DNA of 42,669 bases from a virus: positions 1 to 42,669 of the IMG/VR virus record IMGVR_UViG_3300037311_000008; one strand, given 5' to 3'. Positions within the stretch are counted from its first letter, which is position 1, and every line of letters begins with the position of its first letter. Positions 25,189-32,986 of the stretch are shown here, in pieces. Under the pieces are notes generated by a model that was given only the letters and a program-made list of their open reading frames with translations, did no database searches and was not told the origin of the DNA. The translations under genes were made by a program, and so were the position numbers.

Positions 25189-25937
25189 TGGATAGAGAAT
25201 CAATCGAATATGTAAAGGATGTCATCGCGGCAGCCACTGAGAACCACATTCAGATTGTGGACGGCGAACACTTCTATGTAAACGGAAGCAAGGCTGAGCA
25301 AGTTTCATTCAGAGTTCCTGAGACGCTTGATCTTTTCTCGCTCACTCAAGTTGTGAACTACATTCAACTTCACATGGCGGAAGACAACGGAAAAGTCTAT
25401 GTGAATGTTAAGTTTTTCGACAAGGTCGATGTGTATTTAGAAGGACTCAATAAGAATGGGAAACGCAATCACATTGCGTCTGCTCATTTCAATGATGTCT
25501 TTAAGAAGTACAGCGATGGAACTTATCTCACTCAAGAAGAGTTCACTATTCAGATGTTGAGCCGCTTCTCTCCTGACCTTCAGCGCGATGAAGTGTTGAA
25601 GCTTGTGAACTCAATCAAAACTGGCGAAAGCATCACAACAAACGACGATGGCTTTAGTCAGAATGTTGAAGTTAAAGCTGGCGTTGCTCTTGTGAAAGAA
25701 GTTTCCCTTAAAAATAAGTGGCGACTTGTTCCATACAAAACTTTTCCAGAAGTTGAGCAGCCGTCAATCGACTACATCCTTCGCGTTCAGAAGGGAACCG
25801 ACACGCCAAGAGTCGCGCTCTTTGAATGCGACGGCGGCAGATGGCAAGTGGAGATGACTGCCAAGGTTCGCGAGTGGCTGATTCAGCAGCTTAAAGTTAA
25901 ACTCGCAGAGCGTTTTGAGTTCGTTACAGTATTATAG
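25185..25937 (+). CDS. Hypothetical protein (250 aa), possibly DUF2303-like
   Basis: Coupled to the upstream gene. Its size and position next to replication genes recall DUF2303/YfdQ-like proteins, but I cannot verify this from motifs. Confidence 0.5.
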   Translation: MMDRESIEYVKDVIAAATENHIQIVDGEHFYVNGSKAEQVSFRVPETLDLFSLTQVVNYIQLHMAEDNGKVYVNVKFFDKVDVYLEGLNKNGKRNHIASAHFNDVFKKYSDGTYLTQEEFTIQMLSRFSPDLQRDEVLKLVNSIKTGESITTNDDGFSQNVEVKAGVALVKEVSLKNKWRLVPYKTFPEVEQPSIDYILRVQKGTDTPRVALFECDGGRWQVEMTAKVREWLIQQLKVKLAERFEFVTVL

Positions 25938-26058
25938 ATAGGCCATGATTCAGGGGGAAGTTTGCTGCCCGTCCTTTAAAAACATTTCTCTCTCAACTTA
26001 GATCAACTTCTAGGAGAGAAGTGTCTTCCCTTTGAATCATTTTATTGTGGGGGAAGAG

Positions 26059-26616
26059 ATGGATGAGCAGGAAAGAAAAGCTCGCGGCAAAGCAGCCATT
26101 GAGCGATACATGAAACGGCAAGAGCCAAAGGTTCAAGGTCCGAAACGCAAGAACGAAAAGCCAGAGAAGGAAGTCGAGAAGGCTTGTCTGAAATGGATGC
26201 GTGAGCGTGGCTGGAATGTGCAGATATACGAATCAAAGGCTGTCTATTCTGAATCGGCTGGCAGATACATAAGCCAGAACATGAAGGCGGGGAACACCGA
26301 CTGCATGGGGACGCTTCCTAATGGCATCGGAGTTTATGTTGAGTTTAAAGCGAAGGGTCGCAGATCGCAGTTCGCATCTTTTAAAAACCACAGACAGCAA
26401 GAGTTCGTTCAACAGAAGATCGAAGCTGGCGGCTTTGCCTGTGTCGTTGATTCTCCTGATCTCCTTGAGTCTATCTTTGAACATTGGATGCAGCTCAGGA
26501 TGCAAGAGAACTCGCAGCTTGAACACACGTTCAAAGCTTCCAAAGAATACCTGATGAGCCAAGTGCCAAAGCGAACACGCGAAGAGTACGATGAGCCATT
26601 GTTCGGAGATGATTAA
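26059..26616 (+). CDS. VRR-NUC domain nuclease (Holliday-junction-resolvase-like)
   Basis: Start placed at the ATG at 26059 (RBS GGGGGAAG), not the TTG at 26032. EKACLKWMRERGW...GNTDCMGTLPNGIGVYVEFKAKGRRSQ...QQEFVQQKIEAGGFACVV matches the VRR-NUC D...E-x-K...Q pattern. Confidence 0.7.
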   Translation: MDEQERKARGKAAIERYMKRQEPKVQGPKRKNEKPEKEVEKACLKWMRERGWNVQIYESKAVYSESAGRYISQNMKAGNTDCMGTLPNGIGVYVEFKAKGRRSQFASFKNHRQQEFVQQKIEAGGFACVVDSPDLLESIFEHWMQLRMQENSQLEHTFKASKEYLMSQVPKRTREEYDEPLFGDD

Positions 26617-26817
26617 ATGGGCCTTTTTGTAACGCGCAGAGAGCAGGAGTCTCTCGTTCTTATTTTTGAGGGGAAGGTTATTGAGTTTCAAGTCTCTTGG
26701 ATAAAGCCTTCTTCCGTTAGCATTAAGATCGACGCTCCTCAAGAAGTGCAGATATTTAGAAAAGAATTATTGGATAGCAAAGACAAGGAGTCTTTAGGTA
26801 TGGGTGACGATGAGTGA
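26617..26817 (+). CDS. csrA: CsrA/RsmA-family RNA-binding regulator homologue
   Basis: MGLFVTRREQESLVLIFEGKVIEFQVSWIKPSSVSIKIDAPQEVQIFRKELLD aligns by eye with E. coli CsrA [48 protein letters not shown]. Shared elements are L-x-TRR, E-x-L, V-x-I-x-I/V-x-AP-x-EV-x-I/V-x-R-x-E. 66 aa against 61 aa. Confidence 0.7.
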   Translation: MGLFVTRREQESLVLIFEGKVIEFQVSWIKPSSVSIKIDAPQEVQIFRKELLDSKDKESLGMGDDE

Positions 26818-29236
26818 GATTGACTTTTCTGGGCTGGCTCACAGCCTATTATTCCGCGTTCGAGAGCTATGTGCTGAGTGGCTTCCTGGCGGCAAGGTCG
26901 TTGGCAATGAATACACTTGTGCGAATATCAATGGCGGAGAAGGTTCATCTTTTAAGGTCAATCTCAATACTGGGAAATGGGCAGACTTTGCGGCAGGACT
27001 TAAAGGCGGAGACCTTATCAGTCTCTATGCTGCGATCAAGAACACGTCGCAGATCGAGGCGGCGAAAAGCCTTCAAGGATTCGCGCAGAACAAGAACACG
27101 CAGAGCCGGAAACCAAAGGTCGAACCGAACACAGAACTCCTTTCAGTTCCGCCAGTAGGCGCAGATAAGCCTTCTTTCGATCACTTCAAGCATGGCAAGG
27201 CCACTGCCGTATGGACCTATAAAGATCAGGAAGGTTCTACACTATTCTATGTCTCGCGCCATGCAGCCGCTGATGGCAACAAAGAGTTCACTCCGCATTC
27301 ATGGTCAAAGACATCTAAGAGATGGGTCAGAAAGATGTGGCCTCGACCTCGACCTTTATATGGCCTCGAATACCTCAAAGCTAAGCCTACGTTCAACGTC
27401 ATGCTGGTCGAAGGTGAGAAGGCCGCCGACGCTGCTCGCGCTTTATGTGGCGACAACTACGTTGTTTTGAGCTGGCCTGCTGGCTCGAATGCTGTGGGCC
27501 TTGTCGATCTAACCCCGATCTATGGCCGAAAGGTTCTGCTCTGGCCGGACGATGATAAGAAGGTCTACACGCTTGATAAGAACATTGGACGCGAGAATAT
27601 CGGTCAGCCGAAGCCTGAGTATGAGCAGCCTGGTTATATGGCAATGGCTTATATTGCAGATAAGCTTGTCGATCACTGCCCAGAAGTGAAGATCATAAGG
27701 GTTTACGACTTCGATAAGCCTGATGGATGGGATGCTGCCGATGCTGTGGCTGAAGGCTGGACTTATCAGAAGTGGAAGGCGTGGGCTAAAGATCGCGTGA
27801 AGCTATGGCCGAAGAAGACTAAAGCAGTTAAGGCCGAAGTCATGCCTGAGCCGCCGCCGCATACCGATGCCGACTTTAGGGCTGAGATTGAAGTTATGGT
27901 CACAGAGCCATCGCCTGAAGTTTCTGTTGATATTCAACAGATGTGGACTGAGCTTGGCTTGTCTGTGACTAAAGGCAAAGGGGGAAAGATGGAACCCCTT
28001 TCTAATTACGACAACGTAGTTCGCGTCCTTGAACACGCTCCTGAATTCAAAGGTCATATCTGGTATGACGAATTCTATATGTCGATCATGACCGACTGGC
28101 GTGGAGAGACAAGAGTATGGCGCGAGCGCGATAGGCTTTTATTGTATCTTGCTATTCAAAGAGAGTACGGACTTTCAAAAATATCAGAGACCCAAGTGGC
28201 GACAGCCATCCAAGCGTATGCGTTTCTCGATCTTAGAAATGAACCTAAGGACTGGATGCAGTCTTTAACTTGGGATGGAACAAAGCGAGTCGATGACTTC
28301 TTGATGACTCACATGGGCTGCACACAAGAGCCAGAGTCTTATCTTAAAGCAATCAGCTCAAACTTCTGGGTCGCAATGGCTGCAAGAACCTATGAGCCTG
28401 GCTGCAAGTTTGACAACATGGTTATTCTCGAAGGCAATCAGGGCAAAGGGAAATCGACCGCGCTCAATATCATAGGTGACAAGTGGTTCACTGAAACCAA
28501 TGAAGACCCTCGAAACAAAGACTTCTATCTCGTTCTGCGCGGAGCTTTGCTTGTCGAGATTGCTGAGCTTGATTCCTTTTCAAAGGCTGAACTTAATACC
28601 GTGAAGAAAGTGATGAGCTGTCGCGAAGACAGATACCGCGCTCCGTATGGTCACTATGTTGAGAGCCATCCAAGGCGCTGCGTATTCATGGGAACAACGA
28701 ATCAGGACGACTATTTAAGAGACTCTTCAGGCGCTCGCAGGTTCTGGCCTGCAACGACTGGCGAGATCAATCTTGAGAAGATTAAGGCCGACCGCGAGCA
28801 GCTCTTTGCTGAAGCTGTGTGGAAATATAAGAACGGATTTCCATACTGGGAAGTGCCTGATGCGGAAGCTAAAGGGGTTCAAGATGAGCGATATAATGAT
28901 GACCCTTGGACTGAAATTGTTCAGACATTTTTGAGTGGAATTCGCACTATAAAATTGGACTCTATTTTGACCGATTGTCTTGAAATTGACAAAGCGCATA
29001 TAGACCATAGAGCCTCTCTTCGGTGCCGTAACATTTTGAAAAGGAGCGGTTACAAATCAAGGATTGTGCGTGTTGACAAGCTTGTTTATCGGGCATGGGA
29101 GAATATTTCTGTTGATGGAGATGACTATGAACTCAGAAAGATAAAGTCTTCGATGGGCCATCAATCTCTGCTCGCAGAACAAAATGGTCGTTTTAACAGT
29201 TACAACGGTTACAAGAGTAACAGAATAGATGAGTAA
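26804..29236 (+). CDS. Primase/helicase (P4-type N-terminus, Toprim, VirE/D5-like P-loop NTPase)
   Basis: 810 aa. NGGEGSSFKVNLNTGKWADFAAGLKGGDLISLYA is a P4-primase-like N-terminus. VMLVEGEKAADAA..WPDDD is the Toprim motif and VILEGNQGKGKST is Walker A. The start is GTG 26804 or ATG 26810, and either overlaps the csrA-like stop. Confidence 0.85.
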   Translation: MTMSEIDFSGLAHSLLFRVRELCAEWLPGGKVVGNEYTCANINGGEGSSFKVNLNTGKWADFAAGLKGGDLISLYAAIKNTSQIEAAKSLQGFAQNKNTQSRKPKVEPNTELLSVPPVGADKPSFDHFKHGKATAVWTYKDQEGSTLFYVSRHAAADGNKEFTPHSWSKTSKRWVRKMWPRPRPLYGLEYLKAKPTFNVMLVEGEKAADAARALCGDNYVVLSWPAGSNAVGLVDLTPIYGRKVLLWPDDDKKVYTLDKNIGRENIGQPKPEYEQPGYMAMAYIADKLVDHCPEVKIIRVYDFDKPDGWDAADAVAEGWTYQKWKAWAKDRVKLWPKKTKAVKAEVMPEPPPHTDADFRAEIEVMVTEPSPEVSVDIQQMWTELGLSVTKGKGGKMEPLSNYDNVVRVLEHAPEFKGHIWYDEFYMSIMTDWRGETRVWRERDRLLLYLAIQREYGLSKISETQVATAIQAYAFLDLRNEPKDWMQSLTWDGTKRVDDFLMTHMGCTQEPESYLKAISSNFWVAMAARTYEPGCKFDNMVILEGNQGKGKSTALNIIGDKWFTETNEDPRNKDFYLVLRGALLVEIAELDSFSKAELNTVKKVMSCREDRYRAPYGHYVESHPRRCVFMGTTNQDDYLRDSSGARRFWPATTGEINLEKIKADREQLFAEAVWKYKNGFPYWEVPDAEAKGVQDERYNDDPWTEIVQTFLSGIRTIKLDSILTDCLEIDKAHIDHRASLRCRNILKRSGYKSRIVRVDKLVYRAWENISVDGDDYELRKIKSSMGHQSLLAEQNGRFNSYNGYKSNRIDE

Positions 29237-29388
29237 TATTATGTATGTAACACTTGTAACACTTGTAACACATGGTTTTATATATACACAGGAATGCCTG
29301 CTTTTATAAAAGATTTCTTTGATTTCAGGCAAAGAGTGTTTCTATAGACTTTATAGAAATAGGTGTTACGAGGTGTTACACTGTTACA
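29199..29388. repeat. Iteron/palindrome cluster (candidate replication origin or operator array)
   Basis: Nine copies of the GTTACA/TGTAAC core lie in 190 nt. GTTACAA occurs twice (29199, 29208) and GTAACAG once (29217). TGTAACAC occurs three times at 9-nt spacing (29246-29271). The inverted set is GTGTTAC(G/A) twice plus CTGTTACA (29363-29388). Between them are GCCTG..CAGGC (29296-29330) enclosing the 12-nt palindrome CTTTTATAAAAG (29301-29312), and TTTCTATA-5 nt-TATAGAAA (29339-29359). Confidence 0.7.
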
Positions 29389-29472
29389 AAATAAAAATGA
29401 ATGCTTTTAAAATAAACTCTTGACACAACTGTTGAGTGAAACAAATGCGCGATGCGCTAGAAGGAGAAAAGA

Positions 29473-29697
29473 ATGGAAGTAAAAGGATACAAAACTCAGT
29501 CGCCGGAAGCTGTGGCTTTGGTTAATAAGTTCAAAGAACTTGAACAGAAGCTTGGCGAGCTTTACATTGAAGCTCAAGGCTCTGGCTTGTGTGACACTCG
29601 GATGCTTGCCATCGGGAAGACGGAAGCTCAAACTGCCTTCATGTGGCTGAACCGTTCAGTGTTCCAGCCGCAAGACTTTTTTGTTAAGGGGGAATAA
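29473..29697 (+). CDS. Small conserved phage protein (74 aa), tentatively N4 gp49/Sf6 gp66 (Acb2-like) family
   Basis: RBS AAGGAG. KGYKTQSPEAVALVNKFKELEQKLGELY...DTRMLAIGKTEAQTAFMWLNRSVFQPQDFF matches a widespread pattern I recall (GY+xLSxEE..N.IK....D.RW.AIAKT.LQ.GFMW..RA...P..F). The family assignment is from memory only. Confidence 0.4.
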   Translation: MEVKGYKTQSPEAVALVNKFKELEQKLGELYIEAQGSGLCDTRMLAIGKTEAQTAFMWLNRSVFQPQDFFVKGE

Positions 29698-29979
29698 ATG
29701 AAAGACTCAACTCCAATTTTAATCGGCAGACTTGTTGATAAGAACGACGGCTCCAAAGGAATGCACATTGTAGTGTGGTGTCCTGTATGTAACATCGAAC
29801 ACACTCACGGCTGGCCGGAAGAGTCTTATAACAATATGCTTGAGCATCGAGTGGCTCACTGTGCTTCTGGTCCTTTGACAGACACAGGCTACTACATCAT
29901 GCCGCGAGCAGTGCAGGCGAAGCTGTTGTCAATAGAAGCTCAATCCGCGAAACCAGAAAAGAAAGCGAAGAAGAAATAA
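29698..29979 (+). CDS. Hypothetical Cys/His-rich protein (93 aa) with basic tail
   Basis: WCPVCNIEHTHGW...EHRVAHC suggests metal binding. RBS AAGGGGGAATAA. TAATG-coupled to terS. Confidence 0.5.
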   Translation: MKDSTPILIGRLVDKNDGSKGMHIVVWCPVCNIEHTHGWPEESYNNMLEHRVAHCASGPLTDTGYYIMPRAVQAKLLSIEAQSAKPEKKAKKK

Positions 29980-30626
29980 TGGCGAAGAAGAAGCGAGCAA
30001 AGCCTGAAGAGTCGAAGGAGCTTGCGATACAGGAACCCAAAGACCCCGAAAGGTTCTTGTCTGTTCCTGCGAAAGAGCGCACGTTCGATCAGATCATTGG
30101 CGACCCGATGACTATTGAGACAATCTGTATCAATGTCACTGAAGGCGGCTCGCTGGTCTCGCTTGCAAAGCTCTGGCAAGTTCCATATTCAAAGCTGTTG
30201 AAATGGGTCAGGGCTGATGCCACTCGCAATCAATCTTATGAGCAGGCGTTGAAAGATCGCGATGAATGGACGAAAGAAACTATGTTGCTCGAGCTGAGAA
30301 CTCTTTCAATGAGCGATCTCAGGGAAGCGTTCGATGACAATGGCAAGCTCAAGCATCCGAAAGAGTGGCCTGACTCGTTCGCGAAAGTCGTTGGCTCACT
30401 GGAAGTCTTCGAGGAGTTCAAAGGTCACGGTCAGGACCGCGAATATATTGGCGACACTAAGAAGCTCAAGATGTGGGATAAGCTCAAAGCAATCGAACTC
30501 ATCGGCAAGACCATTGCCGCATTCACAGATAAGAAAGAACACTCAGGCAGCATGACCTTGGAGCAGCTACTCCTTGGCAGCTACACGCCGGAAGAGTTAG
30601 CGAAAGGGAAGAATCATGGCACTTAA
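29979..30626 (+). CDS. terS: Terminase small subunit
   Basis: 215 aa, directly upstream of the large terminase region. The C-terminal block KKLKMWDKLKAIELIGKTIAAFTDKKEHSG is typical of Terminase_2-type small subunits as I recall them. Confidence 0.7.
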   Translation: MAKKKRAKPEESKELAIQEPKDPERFLSVPAKERTFDQIIGDPMTIETICINVTEGGSLVSLAKLWQVPYSKLLKWVRADATRNQSYEQALKDRDEWTKETMLLELRTLSMSDLREAFDDNGKLKHPKEWPDSFAKVVGSLEVFEEFKGHGQDREYIGDTKKLKMWDKLKAIELIGKTIAAFTDKKEHSGSMTLEQLLLGSYTPEELAKGKNHGT

Positions 30627-30867
30627 ATCAACAATCGAAGCTCAAGCTGAATCAAAGAAGATCATGGGCGTTAAGTGGAAGCCGAAGGATGGCCTTGTCT
30701 GGTCTCCCCTCAACAAGTATCCGATGAACGCGAAGTGCTTCTGTGGCAGTGGCATCAAGTTCAAGAAGTGCCATCGCGATCAGGTCAAGATGGCAGTGAG
30801 TCCTGAAGAAGCGGCAGAACTAAAGAAGTATGTCGATCACATCAAAGAGAATGAGCTGAACAGATGA
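30616..30867 (+). CDS. SEC-C motif (CxCxSGxKxKxCH) metal-binding protein
   Basis: CFCGSGIKFKKCH. It overlaps terS by 11 nt and terL by 4 nt. Confidence 0.65.
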   Translation: MALKSTIEAQAESKKIMGVKWKPKDGLVWSPLNKYPMNAKCFCGSGIKFKKCHRDQVKMAVSPEEAAELKKYVDHIKENELNR

Positions 30868-32399
30868 GCTTCACGTTAAGCCAAGCGCAGATAAGAAAGT
30901 ACAGGCACAGTGTCCACGCCTTTGCAGCAGAGCAGTTCGGTATGACTCCTGACCCTTGGCAGTCTGAGTTTTTTGATGCTGTGGTGTCAAACGACCCTCA
31001 AGATATGCGCATCAGCCTTCAAGCTTGCGTGGGTCCAGGGAAGACAGCGGCACTTGCCATTGTTGGCTGGTGGTTCCTATCCGTTTGGGGGAAGCCTGGC
31101 AATCATCCTAAAGGTGCTGCCGTATCAGTCACACATGATAACTTGAAAGATAACTTATGGCCTGAACTCCAGAAGTGGAGATCGAAGTCTCGCTTTATCA
31201 TGGAGACATTCGAGTGGACCAAAGAACGAGTCTTTGCCAAAGCACATCCCGAAACGTGGTTCATATCTGCTCGAAGCTACAGCAAGACCGCTGACCCCGA
31301 AGAGCAAGGTCGAACCCTTTCAGGTCTCCACTCGGACTACGTTATCGCGCTAGTCGATGAGTCAGGTGAGATTCCGCCAGCAGTGATGAAGGCAGCAGAG
31401 CAGGCTCTTTCAACAAAGCCAGTGTTCGGGAAGATCATTCAAGCCGGGAACCCCTCATCCCTTGAAGGCGCACTGTATCAAGCGGCAACGGTCTTGGCTC
31501 ACCTTTGGCGTGTCATCCGAATCACAGGCGACCCCGAAGACCCTAAGCGTTCTCCGCGCATCGACAAAGCGTGGGCTGAGCAGCAGATCAAGACCTATGG
31601 CAGAGATAACCCTTGGGTCATGTATTCGATTCTGGGCCTGTTTCCGCCTTCCTCAATCAATTCTCTGCTAGGTCCTGATGAAGTGAGAGCTGCCATGTCG
31701 CGGCACCTCAGACCAGATGCTTATAATTGGAGCCAGAAACGGCTTGGCGTTGACGTGGCAAGGTTCGGCGATGACCGAACAATCATCTTCCCAAGACAGG
31801 GCTTGGCATCATTCAAGCCAGTGGAAATGCGGAACGCCAGATCAAATGAGATCGCAGCTCGAGTCATGATGGCAAAGAAGAACTGGCGATCAGAGACTGA
31901 GTTCGTTGATGGCACAGGCGGCTTCGGTTCAGGAGTTGTCGATTCCCTGATTCAAGCTGGCTTCAGTCCGTTTGAGATCAACTTCAGCGGCAAGGCAACA
32001 GACCCCCGATACTTCAACAAACGAGCTGAGATTCACTTTCAATTAGCTGAATGGGTCAAGCGCGGCGGTGCGCTTCCTAATATTCCAGAGCTGCTGAGAG
32101 AACTGACAGCTCCGACCTACACGCTTCAGAACGGAAAGCTTCGAGTTGAGGATAAGGACCAGATCAAGAAGCGACTTGGATTCTCGCCTGACTTGGCTGA
32201 TGCCTTGGCTCTGACCTTTGCTCATCCCGATCAGCCAGCGACAGATTCACTGGAAGGTATCATCAGGAACTCAAAACAGCAGAAAGCTGAGAGTGACTAT
32301 GACCCATTGAAACGGTTCGATGAGGAGCAGAAGCGAGTGACATTGCTTGAAAAGAACGGCCATCAATACGAGTATGACCCCTTAAAAGGTATGAAATAA
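30864..32399 (+). CDS. terL: Terminase large subunit
   Basis: 511 aa. Walker A is ACVGPGKTAAL and Walker B is IALVDESGE. Nuclease-domain motifs are LGVDVARFGDDRT and SPDLADALALTF. Confidence 0.9.
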   Translation: MSFTLSQAQIRKYRHSVHAFAAEQFGMTPDPWQSEFFDAVVSNDPQDMRISLQACVGPGKTAALAIVGWWFLSVWGKPGNHPKGAAVSVTHDNLKDNLWPELQKWRSKSRFIMETFEWTKERVFAKAHPETWFISARSYSKTADPEEQGRTLSGLHSDYVIALVDESGEIPPAVMKAAEQALSTKPVFGKIIQAGNPSSLEGALYQAATVLAHLWRVIRITGDPEDPKRSPRIDKAWAEQQIKTYGRDNPWVMYSILGLFPPSSINSLLGPDEVRAAMSRHLRPDAYNWSQKRLGVDVARFGDDRTIIFPRQGLASFKPVEMRNARSNEIAARVMMAKKNWRSETEFVDGTGGFGSGVVDSLIQAGFSPFEINFSGKATDPRYFNKRAEIHFQLAEWVKRGGALPNIPELLRELTAPTYTLQNGKLRVEDKDQIKKRLGFSPDLADALALTFAHPDQPATDSLEGIIRNSKQQKAESDYDPLKRFDEEQKRVTLLEKNGHQYEYDPLKGMK

Positions 32400-32478
32400 T
32401 TTCAGCATGACACTATGTATTAACGCGCCTTTCCCCTCTTAAAACGAATATAAGTGCCTGTTATAAAAAAGTGAACAT

Positions 32479-32506
32479 TTGACAAAAAATATCCTTGACT
32501 TAGACT
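32479..32506 (+). promoter_or_regulatory. Sigma70-like promoter ahead of the head-gene operon
   Basis: TTGACA (32479-32484), a 16-nt spacer, then TAGACT (32501-32506), in the 127-nt gap after terL. A second TTGACT is at 32495-32500. Confidence 0.5.
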
Positions 32507-32526
32507 AAAGGCTTCTGGGGGAACCT

Positions 32527-32985
32527 TTGTCAAAATCATGTGTAGTACGTCCGGCAAAGACAGAAGACATCGACTGGCTCATCATTGAATGCGCTGAGTT
32601 CGGTCGCTTTTTTGATTCAAAGATTCCCCTTTATAATGAAGAGCATCTCAGGTCTGTCGTCATACCGACTCTTATCGAGTCTCACTTGTTTCTCGTTGCG
32701 GAAGTGCGCGGCGAGAAGGCTGGCTTCATCGCTGGCTTATACACATCTCACTTCCTTAACCCACAGATCACAACTCTGACTGAGATTCTCTTCTGGGTTA
32801 CACCTAAGCTTCGCGGTTCACGCGCAGCCATTATGCTTATTGAAGCCTATACACAATGGGGGAAGCTCAATGCTGACTGGGTTAGCATGACAGTCGAGAG
32901 CGAATCACAACTCAATGAAAAGTCTATCCTCAAGCGCGGCTTCAAGTTCAAAGAGAAATCTTATTTTATGGAAGTAGGAGCTTAA
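32527..32985 (+). CDS. GNAT-family N-acetyltransferase
   Basis: TTG start with RBS GGGGGA. 152 aa. AGFIAGLY...ILFWVTPKLRGSRAAIMLIEAY (acetyl-CoA motif A-like R-G-x-x-A-A) and ILKRGFKFKEKSYFMEV are typical of the GNAT fold. Confidence 0.65.
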   Translation: MSKSCVVRPAKTEDIDWLIIECAEFGRFFDSKIPLYNEEHLRSVVIPTLIESHLFLVAEVRGEKAGFIAGLYTSHFLNPQITTLTEILFWVTPKLRGSRAAIMLIEAYTQWGKLNADWVSMTVESESQLNEKSILKRGFKFKEKSYFMEVGA

Positions 32986-32986
32986 C

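Noticed and set aside
26233-26742. 169-aa minus-strand ORF, the longest antisense ORF in the window.
   Set aside because: It lies entirely opposite the VRR-NUC and CsrA-like genes, both of which carry clear family motifs. It has no motif or RBS of its own.
19493-29236. Lysogeny module (integrase, CI repressor, attP).
   Set aside because: The early region has only a Cro/YdaS-like HTH. No tyrosine- or serine-recombinase-sized ORF or motif occurs anywhere, so temperate status cannot be supported from this sequence.
29246-29272. CRISPR-like or minisatellite array (CTTGTAACA three times).
   Set aside because: There are only three 9-nt units with no spacers. An inverted matching set lies 117 nt away, so the repeats are better explained as protein-binding iterons.
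29057-29332. 91-aa minus-strand ORF spanning the primase 3' end and the repeat region.
   Set aside because: Its sequence (VTSVTSVTY..VTLVTVVTV) is just the translated GTAACA repeats. It has no RBS and is antisense to a well-supported gene.
29420-29448. Promoter for the packaging operon, based on TTGACA at 29420-29425.
   Set aside because: No acceptable -10 hexamer lies at 16-18 nt spacing (AAATGC/CAAATG), so it is not listed as a feature. It is mentioned only as context for the iteron region.
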